A stretch of 64,000 bases of DNA from Bacteroidia bacterium (GTDB lineage: Bacteria; Bacteroidota; Bacteroidia; B-17B0; Aurantibacillaceae). Below are positions 51,268 to 60,373 of this stretch, piece after piece. Position 1 is the first letter of the stretch. Each line of letters starts with the position of its first letter. The notes under the pieces are model-generated. The model made no database searches. It was not told where the DNA came from and saw nothing but the letters and a program-made list of their open reading frames with translations. The stretch is from NCBI GenBank assembly GCA_031539425.1, contig JAVKLI010000051.1:36226-100225 (forward strand), written 5' to 3'. Both the position numbers and the translations under genes were made by a program.

Positions 51268-51924
51268 TTATTTTTTCAATAATTTAAAAATAGAACCTTC
51301 TAACTGTGGCAATTGAAATTTGCAGTATAAAATATAAAATATAAAAGCAAAACTAAAGCCTATTATAGATCCAAAATAAATATCTACTAACCAATGGTGT
51401 GACAAATAAGTACGACTAAATGCTATAATAAAAGGCAAAATAAAAAAACCTAGGTTAACTATTTTATTTTTAATTATAAAAAATAAATACATAAATAAAA
51501 CAAATGCTGTAGTGGCATGACCACTCGGAAATGATTGGGCAAATAATAATTTTTCACCTTCCACTAATGTTAATTTTAAACCAACAAACCATTCAAATAC
51601 AAAGCATGGGCGCCATATATAATAAAAAGCAAATTGTTTTAATAAAAACACCATTAATGCCGATAATAAAAAGGCTAAAATTAAAAATAACCCTTTTTTA
51701 ATATCAATACAAAGTAGTATAATGCATAATATAATGCCAAAAACACCATCACCTAAAAAAGTGATATAGTGAAAAAATGTATCTATAACATCAACACCAA
51801 CAAACCGATTGATGTATAAATGTATTTGAACTTTACCATAATTTAATAAAAAATAAGCTACAAAAACAGTTATAAATAAAAAAGCAATAATATAATACCT
51901 GTGAGGAAAAATTATTTTTTTCAT
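51268..51924 (-). CDS. PAP2-family phosphatase
   Basis: 218 aa membrane protein with PSGH and SRTYLSHHW acid-phosphatase motifs. It abuts the GT39 gene with no intergenic spacer. Confidence 0.75.
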   Translation of the reverse strand: MKKIIFPHRYYIIAFLFITVFVAYFLLNYGKVQIHLYINRFVGVDVIDTFFHYITFLGDGVFGIILCIILLCIDIKKGLFLILAFLLSALMVFLLKQFAFYYIWRPCFVFEWFVGLKLTLVEGEKLLFAQSFPSGHATTAFVLFMYLFFIIKNKIVNLGFFILPFIIAFSRTYLSHHWLVDIYFGSIIGFSFAFIFYILYCKFQLPQLEGSIFKLLKK

Positions 51925-52131
51925 ATTAAAACAAACACGTTGTAAGCTCCCAAATGTATGTATTTTAAAAAAGATGGAAAATAATTTATGTTTTAAAAAA
52001 ACAGAATGTTAAAATCAATAACACCGAAAGTTTAATTAAAAAATGCAGCAAGTATTAATTAATTTATATTTTGCAAAACTTTTTCGAATAAAAAATTACA
52101 ATTTGAATTTAAAAACTACACACTTTAATAT

Positions 52132-54765
52132 ATGTCAAAAAATTTAGTAATCGTTGAGTCTCCTGCTAAAGCAAAGACTATAGAAGGTTTTTTAGGTAAA
52201 GATTTTATAGTTAAATCCTGTTTTGGGCATATAAGAGATTTGGTAAAAAAAGGTTTTGGTGTAGAAATTGAAAATAATTTTAACCCTACCTACGAGGTAT
52301 CTGCAGATAAAGTGCGCGTTATATCCGAACTAAAAAAGATATCCCAAACTGTAGAAACCGTATGGTTAGCATCCGATGAAGACCGTGAAGGAGAAGCTAT
52401 TTCATGGCATTTATATGAAACCCTAGGTTTAAAAAAGGCAAATACCAAACGCATTGTATTTCACGAAATTACAAAACCTGCCATTTTAAAAGCCATTGAA
52501 ACCCCCCGAAGTATAGATATAAATTTAGTAAATGCCCAACAAGCCCGTCGTATACTTGATAGATTGGTAGGGTTTGAACTATCACCCATTTTATGGAAAA
52601 AAGTACGTCCACAACTTTCAGCAGGGCGCGTGCAATCTGTTACAGTTAGATTAATAGTAGATCGTGAACGTGAAATACAAAAATTTAATTCAACATCGGC
52701 TTATAAAATAGTTAGCAGCTATCAAGTGGGTTCCGCTGAATTAAAAGCAGAACTAGACACCCGCTTTAAGTTAGACACAGAAACAGAAGCATTTTTAAAT
52801 AAGTGCAAAAACGCTTCATTTTCAATTTTAGATTTAGAAAAAAAACCTACCAAACGCTCTCCTGCTGCCCCCTTTACCACATCTACCTTACAGCAAGAAG
52901 CCGCCAGGAAATTAGGATTTAGCGTAGCTCAAACGATGCTTACAGCACAAAGACTTTATGAAGCAGGTAAAATAACCTATATGCGTACCGATTCGGTTAA
53001 TCTATCTGAAACTGCGCTAAAACAAATGCAAACAGCTATTGAATCTAATTATGGTAAACAATACTATAATAGAAGACAGTATAAAAATAAAAGTAAAAAT
53101 GCACAAGAGGCCCACGAAGCCATTAGACCAACCTATATAGATACTGCAACCGCTGGTGTAGAGCGTAACGAACAACGCCTTTATGAACTTATTTGGAAAC
53201 GTACCATAGCCTCACAAATGAGTGATGCTGAATTAGAAAAAACAACAGCTAAAATAAAAATTTCTACTACCACAGAACAATTTATAGCCCAAGGTGAAAT
53301 ATTAAAATTTGATGGTTTTTTAAAGGTGTACATGGAAGGTACGGATGATGAAAATACTGAAGACAAAGAATCTATTTTGCCACCCTTAAAAGTTGGCGAA
53401 ACTTTAACCTTAAAAGCTATTGTAGCTACCCAACGTTTTACACACCACCCTGCCAGATACACAGAAGCCAGCTTAGTGAAAAAGTTAGAAGAACTTGGAA
53501 TTGGTCGCCCATCTACTTATGCACCAACAATAAGCACAGTACAAAAAAGAAATTATGTAGAGAAAAAAGACAAAGATGGTAATCCTAGAAGTTACCAAGA
53601 ACTTAAATTACAAAATGGCCAAATAAAAAAAGAAACTAAAACAGAAAATACAGGTGCCGAAAAATCAAAGTTATTTCCTACAGATATAGGCTGTGTGGTA
53701 AATGATTTTTTAATACAATATTTTCCAAACATATTAGATTTCCATTTTACAGCCAAGGTAGAAGAGGAGTTTGATGAAATTGCCGATGGCAATTTATCAT
53801 GGCAAAACATGCTTAAAAATTTTTATACCCCATTTCATAAAACCATCCAAAATACCAATGATACTAGCGAACGCGCTAGCGGCGAAAAAATATTAGGCAA
53901 AGATTCTACTTCCGGTTTGCCTGTTTCTGTGAGAGTTGGGAGGTATGGCCCATTAGCTCAAATAGGCGTAACATCAGATAAACCAGATGCTCCAAAACCT
54001 AAATTTGCTAGTTTATTAAAATCTCAAAGCATAGAAACCATTACTTTAGCCGAAGCACTTGATTTGTTTAAACTACCACTTACAGTTGGAATGTATCAAA
54101 ACAAGGAAGTGATTATTAATATTGGACGTTTTGGGCCTTATGTAAAACTAGACGAACAATTTATATCCATCCCCCGTACCATTGATCCATTTACAATAGA
54201 TTTAGAACAAGCCATTCAAATTATTAAAGAAAAAGAAGCAGCAGACGCACCAATAGCAACCTACCAAAATAAACCAGTAACCAAAGGTAAAGGGCGCTTT
54301 GGTCCGTTTATAAAATTTGATGGTATGTTTATCAATGTGCCAAGGGCATATAATTTTGATGCCCTATCTCAAAAAGATATTAACGAGTTGATAGAGAAAA
54401 AAATAGAAAAAGAATCAAACAGATATATTCAAAATTGGTCTGAAGAAAAAATTTCTATTGAAAACGGGCGATGGGGACCATTTATTAAATTTGGTAAACT
54501 GATGTATAAGCTAACAGATCCAAAATCTGGGTCAAAAATAAGTGCCGATGATGCAACTACAATATCGCTTGATCAAACCAAAGTCATTATTCTAGCTCAA
54601 AACCCTAAAGCATTTGACACTAAAAAAGGAGCTGCTAAAAAAAGTATTTCAAAAACTTCTTCATTAAAAATTGCCGCAAATAAAAAACCTACTCCGGTAA
54701 AAGCAGCAACTAAAAGCAAAGCCAGTACTGTAAAAAAAGCAGCAACCAAAAAGAAACTAAAATAA
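52132..54765 (+). CDS. topA: DNA topoisomerase I (type IA) with Lys/Ala-rich C-terminal tail
   Basis: 877 aa. Toprim LVIVESPAKAKTI, the active-site region ITYMRTDS, repeated C-terminal GRFGPY/GRWGPF domains and a basic tail (KKGAAKKS...KAATKKKLK). Confidence 0.95.
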   Translation: MSKNLVIVESPAKAKTIEGFLGKDFIVKSCFGHIRDLVKKGFGVEIENNFNPTYEVSADKVRVISELKKISQTVETVWLASDEDREGEAISWHLYETLGLKKANTKRIVFHEITKPAILKAIETPRSIDINLVNAQQARRILDRLVGFELSPILWKKVRPQLSAGRVQSVTVRLIVDREREIQKFNSTSAYKIVSSYQVGSAELKAELDTRFKLDTETEAFLNKCKNASFSILDLEKKPTKRSPAAPFTTSTLQQEAARKLGFSVAQTMLTAQRLYEAGKITYMRTDSVNLSETALKQMQTAIESNYGKQYYNRRQYKNKSKNAQEAHEAIRPTYIDTATAGVERNEQRLYELIWKRTIASQMSDAELEKTTAKIKISTTTEQFIAQGEILKFDGFLKVYMEGTDDENTEDKESILPPLKVGETLTLKAIVATQRFTHHPARYTEASLVKKLEELGIGRPSTYAPTISTVQKRNYVEKKDKDGNPRSYQELKLQNGQIKKETKTENTGAEKSKLFPTDIGCVVNDFLIQYFPNILDFHFTAKVEEEFDEIADGNLSWQNMLKNFYTPFHKTIQNTNDTSERASGEKILGKDSTSGLPVSVRVGRYGPLAQIGVTSDKPDAPKPKFASLLKSQSIETITLAEALDLFKLPLTVGMYQNKEVIINIGRFGPYVKLDEQFISIPRTIDPFTIDLEQAIQIIKEKEAADAPIATYQNKPVTKGKGRFGPFIKFDGMFINVPRAYNFDALSQKDINELIEKKIEKESNRYIQNWSEEKISIENGRWGPFIKFGKLMYKLTDPKSGSKISADDATTISLDQTKVIILAQNPKAFDTKKGAAKKSISKTSSLKIAANKKPTPVKAATKSKASTVKKAATKKKLK

Positions 54766-54777
54766 ATTTACGTTAAG

Positions 54778-55365
54778 ATGAAAGCACAAATTGTAATAGA
54801 CCCAGTAGAGCAACAGACAAAAAATAATGCTATAAAGTTACTGCTTTGGTTAGGCATCATTAGCATGCTTATGTTTTGGGGCGGTTTAACTAGTGCTTAC
54901 ATTGTAAATGCTAGTAGTAACGTATGGCAAACATTTGAAGTGCCCACCCAATTTACATACAGTACTATTACTATTATTATAAGCTCAATAACTTTATATG
55001 TAAGTAGTTACTATGTAAAACGCAATAATAACAAATTTGTTGTATTAGGCTTGACTAGCACTTTACTGTTAGGTTTAGCATTTACTTACTTTCAATACCA
55101 AGGGTGGATAGCCTTATATCAAAATGAAGTTGTGTTTTCCGGAAAAAATAGCCACGCTTCAGGGTCATTTTTTATACTATTTATTTTTGCACATTGGTTT
55201 CACCTCTTAGGTGGGCTCATCGCTTTATTATTTACGTTATTTAAAGCTAAAAAACAAAAATATAGCAGTGCAAACTATAATGGATTAAGCCTCTGCGCAA
55301 TCTATTGGCATTTTCTTGATATTTTGTGGATTTATTTGTTTTTATTTTTAGTATATATTAGTTAA
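54778..55365 (+). CDS. Heme-copper oxidase subunit III family protein
   Basis: 195 aa with 5 TM segments. YWHFLDILWIYLFLFL is the subunit III C-terminal motif. Confidence 0.8.
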   Translation: MKAQIVIDPVEQQTKNNAIKLLLWLGIISMLMFWGGLTSAYIVNASSNVWQTFEVPTQFTYSTITIIISSITLYVSSYYVKRNNNKFVVLGLTSTLLLGLAFTYFQYQGWIALYQNEVVFSGKNSHASGSFFILFIFAHWFHLLGGLIALLFTLFKAKKQKYSSANYNGLSLCAIYWHFLDILWIYLFLFLVYIS

Positions 55366-55407
55366 ACTTGCAGCAGTATTTTTTTAAACATTAATTAGAA
55401 TTTTAAT

Positions 55408-56133
55408 ATGGCACATAGTACAAGTATAGATTCAACACAAGTGTGGGACGGCGGAAAGTCGCCATTAGGTGTAAGTTACGGAAAAATAATGATGTGGTTT
55501 TTCCTCGTTTCAGACGCATTAACCTTTGGTGGTTTATTAACTTCTTATGGCTTTATTCGTCATAAATATGCCGAAGTGTGGCCTAAAGCAGAAAACGTAT
55601 TTACTCATTTTCCGTTTATTAAGCAACATATACCTTTAGCATATGTAGGTTTAATGACGTTTATACTCATCATGTCGTCTGTTACTATGGTATTAGCTGT
55701 AGAAGCTGGTAAACGAAATAATAAAAAGCAAGTAACCATGTGGCTATTTTGGACTATTGTAGGCGGTGCCCTATTCGTAGGCTCTCAAGCATGGGAATGG
55801 TATCATTTTATTGTAGGTACCGATGAAGGGGCTTTAAGAAACATATATGATTTAGACTTAGGTAAGTATGTAGAAAAAACAGTATATGGCGCTAACATGA
55901 CGGTAAATGAATATGGCGTACCACAGTTTGCAAACTATTTTTTCTTTATTACTGGGTTTCACGGGTTTCACGTGTTATCTGGAGTTGTTATCAATTTAGT
56001 TATCTTTTTAAATGTTATAAACGATACTTATGTAAAACGAGGGCATTACGAAATGATTGAAAAAGTTGGTCTTTACTGGCACTTTGTAGATTTGGTTTGG
56101 GTGTTTGTATTTACCTTTTTCTATTTATTATAA
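55408..56133 (+). CDS. Cytochrome c oxidase subunit III
   Basis: 241 aa. GFHGFHVLSGV and YWHFVDLVWVFVF motifs. Confidence 0.85.
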   Translation: MAHSTSIDSTQVWDGGKSPLGVSYGKIMMWFFLVSDALTFGGLLTSYGFIRHKYAEVWPKAENVFTHFPFIKQHIPLAYVGLMTFILIMSSVTMVLAVEAGKRNNKKQVTMWLFWTIVGGALFVGSQAWEWYHFIVGTDEGALRNIYDLDLGKYVEKTVYGANMTVNEYGVPQFANYFFFITGFHGFHVLSGVVINLVIFLNVINDTYVKRGHYEMIEKVGLYWHFVDLVWVFVFTFFYLL

Positions 56134-56161
56134 TTTAAAATCCATTAAAAAAAATAAAATT

Positions 56162-56647
56162 ATGTCAGAATTTCACGATAATTACCCATCATACGAGCAT
56201 TTAGCAGCTCACAGCGAAGAAGTAGGAAAAACAACTAGAGTTAAACTTTGGAGAGTGTTTTGGATTATGCTAGCTATTACCATTTTTGAACTAATTATAG
56301 GTTTTATGGCCCCTAATTATGGCTGGACAGGCACAGCATGGCTTAAAGTATTATTTATTACCTTAACAGTTGTAAAGGCAGGTTATATTGTTATGTCATT
56401 TATGCACTTAAGCCATGAAGTACGTTTTATGAAATGGGCTATTTTATTACCGTATGCCATTTTTATGGTTTATACTATATTTATTGTATTAGATGAAGGT
56501 GTATATAGCGGGTATAAAATAAATAGAACCCATGTGGATCCTCTTTATATTAAGCAACAAGAAGACTTAAGATTAAATCATGGCAAACATAGCAGCCATG
56601 ATGCTACTCCACATTCTAATACAAACGACACAGAACATAAGCATTAA
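56162..56647 (+). CDS. Cytochrome c oxidase subunit IV-like small membrane protein
   Basis: I chose the start at the ATG at 56162 (MSEFHDNY...). It has three TM segments (LWRVFWIMLAITIFELIIG..., VKAGYIVMSFMHL) and sits directly after the subunit III genes. Confidence 0.65.
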   Translation: MSEFHDNYPSYEHLAAHSEEVGKTTRVKLWRVFWIMLAITIFELIIGFMAPNYGWTGTAWLKVLFITLTVVKAGYIVMSFMHLSHEVRFMKWAILLPYAIFMVYTIFIVLDEGVYSGYKINRTHVDPLYIKQQEDLRLNHGKHSSHDATPHSNTNDTEHKH

Positions 56648-56671
56648 AAAGCCTTTGCTGTACAGTTAATA

Positions 56672-56691
56672 TTCTTAGTTGAACCTAAGAA
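56672..56691 (+). terminator. Possible terminator hairpin after the oxidase genes
   Basis: TTCTTAG-ttgaac-CTAAGAA forms a perfect 7-bp stem 25 nt after the stop. There is no clear U-tract. Confidence 0.3.
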
Positions 56692-57158
56692 GTCTAACAT
56701 AAATAGCCCGTTATAATTATTAGTTTTTTCATTTAAATGATTTACCAATTTTTGGTTTTAATTCTATTAAGATATCATCCTAGTAAATAAAATTAGATTT
56801 GGTAATAGTTAAAATATGGCTGGTAATAAATATGGTTTTATAAAAGGAAACTGAAGCAAGTATTATGCTATTATGTTGAGTTATGACTTTTATAAAAACA
56901 TTACCTACAATTTTAAAATAGAAAAATTTTTAAAATAAATTTGTTTTATTCATTTTATTTTTTAAACTTTGATATAAGGTTTAATAAAATAAATGATTAA
57001 CACTTTAAATAATACTTCCGTACTTCCGTTAATATTTATTTTTGTAGTAGAGATTCCCCCTAACGTTTTTTTTTTTAAATTAAGCAATACAAAATGTATT
57101 GTTTAAATGCTATTCTTTTTTTCTGCTCTTTAATTTCTTTAAAAAACATTATAAACTT

Positions 57159-58279
57159 ATGAAAACAACATTTTTTAAATTCAACTATTTCAAAACAATT
57201 AGTTTTGTTTTAGGTATCTCTTTTACTCTATTATATATTCAACCAATTAAAGCTCAAACGCCACTACTAAAGGTGGTAGCTGGTGATCATTCGGGTAAAA
57301 ATGCGCCAGGCAGAACCGAAGTAGGTAGCGAAAACTATAGCTGGTTAGGCTTTGGAAGTGGCTATGGTAATAAAATGGCTATTGATTATTACAACCGTGG
57401 GTTAAATGTATGGACTCCATATCCAAGCTCTTATTCTGGCAATTATAAACTATTTATACATGAAACTGGGCCTGTAAGTATTAACGGAGCTGCCCAGTTT
57501 GTAGACCCTATAGACCCACTTGGTAACCAAACTTCACCTATATTTACCGGTTTATCAGGTAATATTACAAAACCTAAAACGGTATATCACTTACAGGTAT
57601 ATGGAAACGCACTTGCCAGCAGTTGGTCTATTTTTTCTGATGCCTCAATAAAACAAAACATCACGCCTCTAGAACCCGTTTTAGCCAAAATATTGAATCT
57701 TAATACCATTTCTTACCAATAAAAGATGTTAAATTAAGCGCCGAAGGAGCTAATGATTCCTTAAGCAAACTTGATAAAACAGGCCAACTAAACACAAGCG
57801 CCAAACATTATGGATTTACAGCGCAACAAGTAAATGAAGTGTTTCCTGACCTTGTATCCATGTTTAGTAAAGAATATGCCGCCGTAGATTACGGTAGCTT
57901 GGTGCCTATATTAGTAAAAGGCGTGCAAGAACAACAAAAACTCATAGAAGAATTAAAATAAAAAGTATTAGACCTAGAAGGTGCAACAGCCTATGCAGAT
58001 GTGGATAGATCAAAACTATACCAAAACAATCCTAACCCCTTTAGAGGAAGAACTACCATAACCTATTTTATTGATGAAAAAAACAGTGTAGGCTCAGCCA
58101 CTATAGATGTGCGCAACCTCATGGGCTACTTACAAACCAGCATATCGCTCGATGATAAAAGCGGCTTAGGTAAAGTAGAGTTTGATGCCAGCAATTTACA
58201 AGATGGCTTTTACATATACACACTTAAAGTAAACGGCGATGTAAAAGACTCTAAAATGTTTTTAATTGGTGATAGATAG
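57159..58279 (+). pseudogene. Disrupted T9SS cargo gene with a peptidase-S74 (tail-fibre/endosialidase intramolecular chaperone) domain
   Basis: Piece A (57159..57719) has a signal peptide and ends SDASIKQNITPLEPVLAKILNLNTISYQ*. Piece B (57722..57958, shifted frame) reads KDVKLS...AKHYGFTAQQVNEVFPDLVS...AAVDYGSLVPILVKGVQEQQKLIEELK and completes the S74 pattern. An in-frame TAA lies at 57959..57961. Piece C (to 58279, same frame as B) is a T9SS sorting domain (LYQNNPNPFRGRTTITYFI...LQDGFYIYTLKVNG...). Confidence 0.7.
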
Positions 58280-58298
58280 GATACCAAACAAACTATTT

Positions 58299-58343
58299 TT
58301 TGCAAATATTGCAACAACAAAAAGCAGTTGCAGTATTTGCAAA
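58299..58343 (+). terminator. Long inverted repeat / terminator-like hairpin
   Basis: TTTGCAAATATTGCAA - 13 nt loop - TTGCAGTATTTGCAAA pairs at 15 of 16 positions and starts 20 nt after the stop at 58279. There is no U-tract. Confidence 0.45.
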
Positions 58344-58424
58344 TAAATTATAGGTACACAAAACAGAATATTATATAATTTTAAAATAAAAAAAATGAAA
58401 ACACTACTTACATATCCCGCATTA

Positions 58425-58452
58425 TTCCCCCCTGTGAGGGGGCTAGGGGGAG
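58425..58452. repeat. G/C-rich hairpin repeat (R1)
   Basis: ATTCCCCCCTGTGAGGGGGCTAGGGGGAG: a C6 run and G5 run form a stem around TGTGA, followed by CTAGGGGGAG. Confidence 0.5.
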
Positions 58453-58489
58453 TAAAGGTAAAAGAGAAATTGAAAAACACAAAACACAA

Positions 58490-58528
58490 CCATCCCAAAT
58501 TCCCCTCTTTGTAAGGGGGCTGGGGTAG
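58490..58528. repeat. G/C-rich hairpin repeat (R2)
   Basis: CCATCCCAAATTCCCCTCTTTGTAAGGGGGCTGGGGTAG shares TTCCCC..loop..GGGGGCT.GGGG with R1 and the AACCATCCC lead-in with R3. Confidence 0.5.
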
Positions 58529-58557
58529 AAATAAAATAAATCTAAAATAAAAAAACT

Positions 58558-58941
58558 ATGAAAAACTTAATTTTAATCTTAATGTTTACGGCTGGATGTG
58601 CAAAGCAAGTCGATACAACTGCTAAAGAAAACAACACAAACGAAGAAGGGAAAATATTATTTTATACAGATATTTTCGCTTCAGTAAATTGTAAAATTGA
58701 TAGCGTTTCAATATTTTTAAATGGTCAATATGTAGGAAATATTATTGGATCATATTTTCCCTTAACATCAATCCCTGAATATGGAGATAAAAACACTTTA
58801 TCTAAAACCATTCCAACTGGTACATATATTCTCAAAGGGCTTATAAATGGGTGTAGTAAAAATAAATGGGGGAGAACAATCATTGTTAATAAAACTACAA
58901 CTAATAAAACAAAACTAGAATATTCAACCTCTCAATCTTAA
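58558..58941 (+). CDS. Hypothetical lipoprotein
   Basis: 127 aa with a lipobox-like MFTAGC. It ends 4 nt before the C13-like peptidase gene. I recognised no known family. Confidence 0.55.
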   Translation: MKNLILILMFTAGCAKQVDTTAKENNTNEEGKILFYTDIFASVNCKIDSVSIFLNGQYVGNIIGSYFPLTSIPEYGDKNTLSKTIPTGTYILKGLINGCSKNKWGRTIIVNKTTTNKTKLEYSTSQS

Positions 58942-58945
58942 AACT

Positions 58946-60334
58946 ATGAAAATTACATTATTTTTTATTCTTTTTCTTAATTTAAAAAGCTATTCAATTA
59001 CACAAGTTCAAGCTAACAATATTGTAAAAGCACATATTGCAGTCCTACAATTACCTTCGAATTACTTACTTTACTCTTATGGGATTAAATCAGCTAGCAG
59101 TACAATAAACTCTATTGCTTTTAACATGCAAATTATAACTCCTAATAGTGATAGTTTTATGTACTTTGTAGATGAGAATTCATTTGCAAATTGGGGGCAT
59201 AATTGTAAATACATTTTTGTAAATGTTTTGACAGGGGAAGTTGTAAGTGTAAATTATAATTATCCACCAAGAGACTTAGATTTAGCAACAAAACTAAAGT
59301 TTTTAGAAAACATACCTATTGGAAATAAATTTAATTTTAATACTAATATAGTGAACAGAACAACAGCTATACCTTCAAATGAATGTTACGCAGTTATAAT
59401 TAGTGGTGGTGCTAGTAAAGGATCTAATTGGATAAGATACTGGAATGATTGTCAAGCAATGTATAAAGTACTCACACAAGTGTATGGGTATAAAAAGAGT
59501 AATATTTACTGCCTTATATCAGATGGTACAAATCCAGCTGCAGATAGAGCGTTGTATGATGGAAGTTACGACAATTCTCCGATAGATTTAGACAATGATG
59601 GAGTAAATGATGTAGCTTATGATGCTACAAAAAATTCTATTTCTACTGTTTTTAATGTTTTACAAAATAAGCTTAATCCAAATGACTTCTTATTTATATT
59701 TAGCACTGACCATGGTAGTGCAACAAATAATGACGTGATTTTAAATTTATGGAATGATGAAATAACTGCCACTCAATTTGCGATTGAAGTTGATAAAGTG
59801 AATGCTGGACATATTGGGGTAACAATGGAACAATGTTATAGTGGAGGTTTTATTTCTAAGCTATGTAAACAAGACAGAAGTATTGCCACAGCTTGTTTAC
59901 CTAATGAACTATCTTATGCAAAAGCTCCAGATTATTTGTATAATGATTTTGTATATCATTGGATAAGTGCGGTTGGTAAAAAAACACCTTCTGGATTAAC
60001 TGTAAATGCTGATAGTAATTCTGATGGGAAAATTTCACTTCATGAGGCATTTCAATATGCAGATATTCAAGGTACCGCAATAGAAACACCACAATACTGC
60101 TCGCAAGGAATTCCTATAGGTTCAAGTATAAATTTATTTGGAGATTTTTGTAAAACAACAAGCGTTTTTAATCAAACTTATACTATGCCTAAAAAAATTA
60201 GCAGTTGTATAATAGAATCTCAAAACACTAAAATTCAAGACAACAAAACTATTTTTTTAATTAAAACGGAGGCTAATTTGTCAAATAATTTCGAAGTAAA
60301 TAGTGGTGCAGAGTTTGAAATTAGTGTGTATTAA
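58946..60334 (+). CDS. Secreted clan-CD cysteine peptidase, C13 (legumain)-like, with EF-hand-type calcium loop
   Basis: 462 aa with a signal peptide. FLFIFSTDHGS is the His-Gly catalytic site after a hydrophobic strand, and GVTMEQCYSGGF is the catalytic Cys after a hydrophobic strand. DSNSDGKISLHE (60011..60046) fits the 12-residue EF-hand loop consensus. Confidence 0.65.
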   Translation: MKITLFFILFLNLKSYSITQVQANNIVKAHIAVLQLPSNYLLYSYGIKSASSTINSIAFNMQIITPNSDSFMYFVDENSFANWGHNCKYIFVNVLTGEVVSVNYNYPPRDLDLATKLKFLENIPIGNKFNFNTNIVNRTTAIPSNECYAVIISGGASKGSNWIRYWNDCQAMYKVLTQVYGYKKSNIYCLISDGTNPAADRALYDGSYDNSPIDLDNDGVNDVAYDATKNSISTVFNVLQNKLNPNDFLFIFSTDHGSATNNDVILNLWNDEITATQFAIEVDKVNAGHIGVTMEQCYSGGFISKLCKQDRSIATACLPNELSYAKAPDYLYNDFVYHWISAVGKKTPSGLTVNADSNSDGKISLHEAFQYADIQGTAIETPQYCSQGIPIGSSINLFGDFCKTTSVFNQTYTMPKKISSCIIESQNTKIQDNKTIFLIKTEANLSNNFEVNSGAEFEISVY

Positions 60335-60373
60335 TATGCAAAACCACGCCAGTGGCTTGTTTTTGTTAGCTTT

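Noticed and set aside
43246-53810. Other antisense track ORFs: 43246..43494, 44158..44529, 44719..45030, 46211..46435, 48009..48308, 49232..49438, 50846..51079, 53181..53462 and 53592..53810
   Set aside because: Each overlaps a better-supported gene on the opposite strand and has no motif support.
58262-58498. 78-aa minus-strand ORF in the spacer after the T9SS pseudogene
   Set aside because: Its only non-AT-biased part (TPPSPLTGG) is the translation of G/C-rich repeat R1. It overlaps the stop of the upstream gene and the 16-bp inverted repeat. It is most likely spurious.
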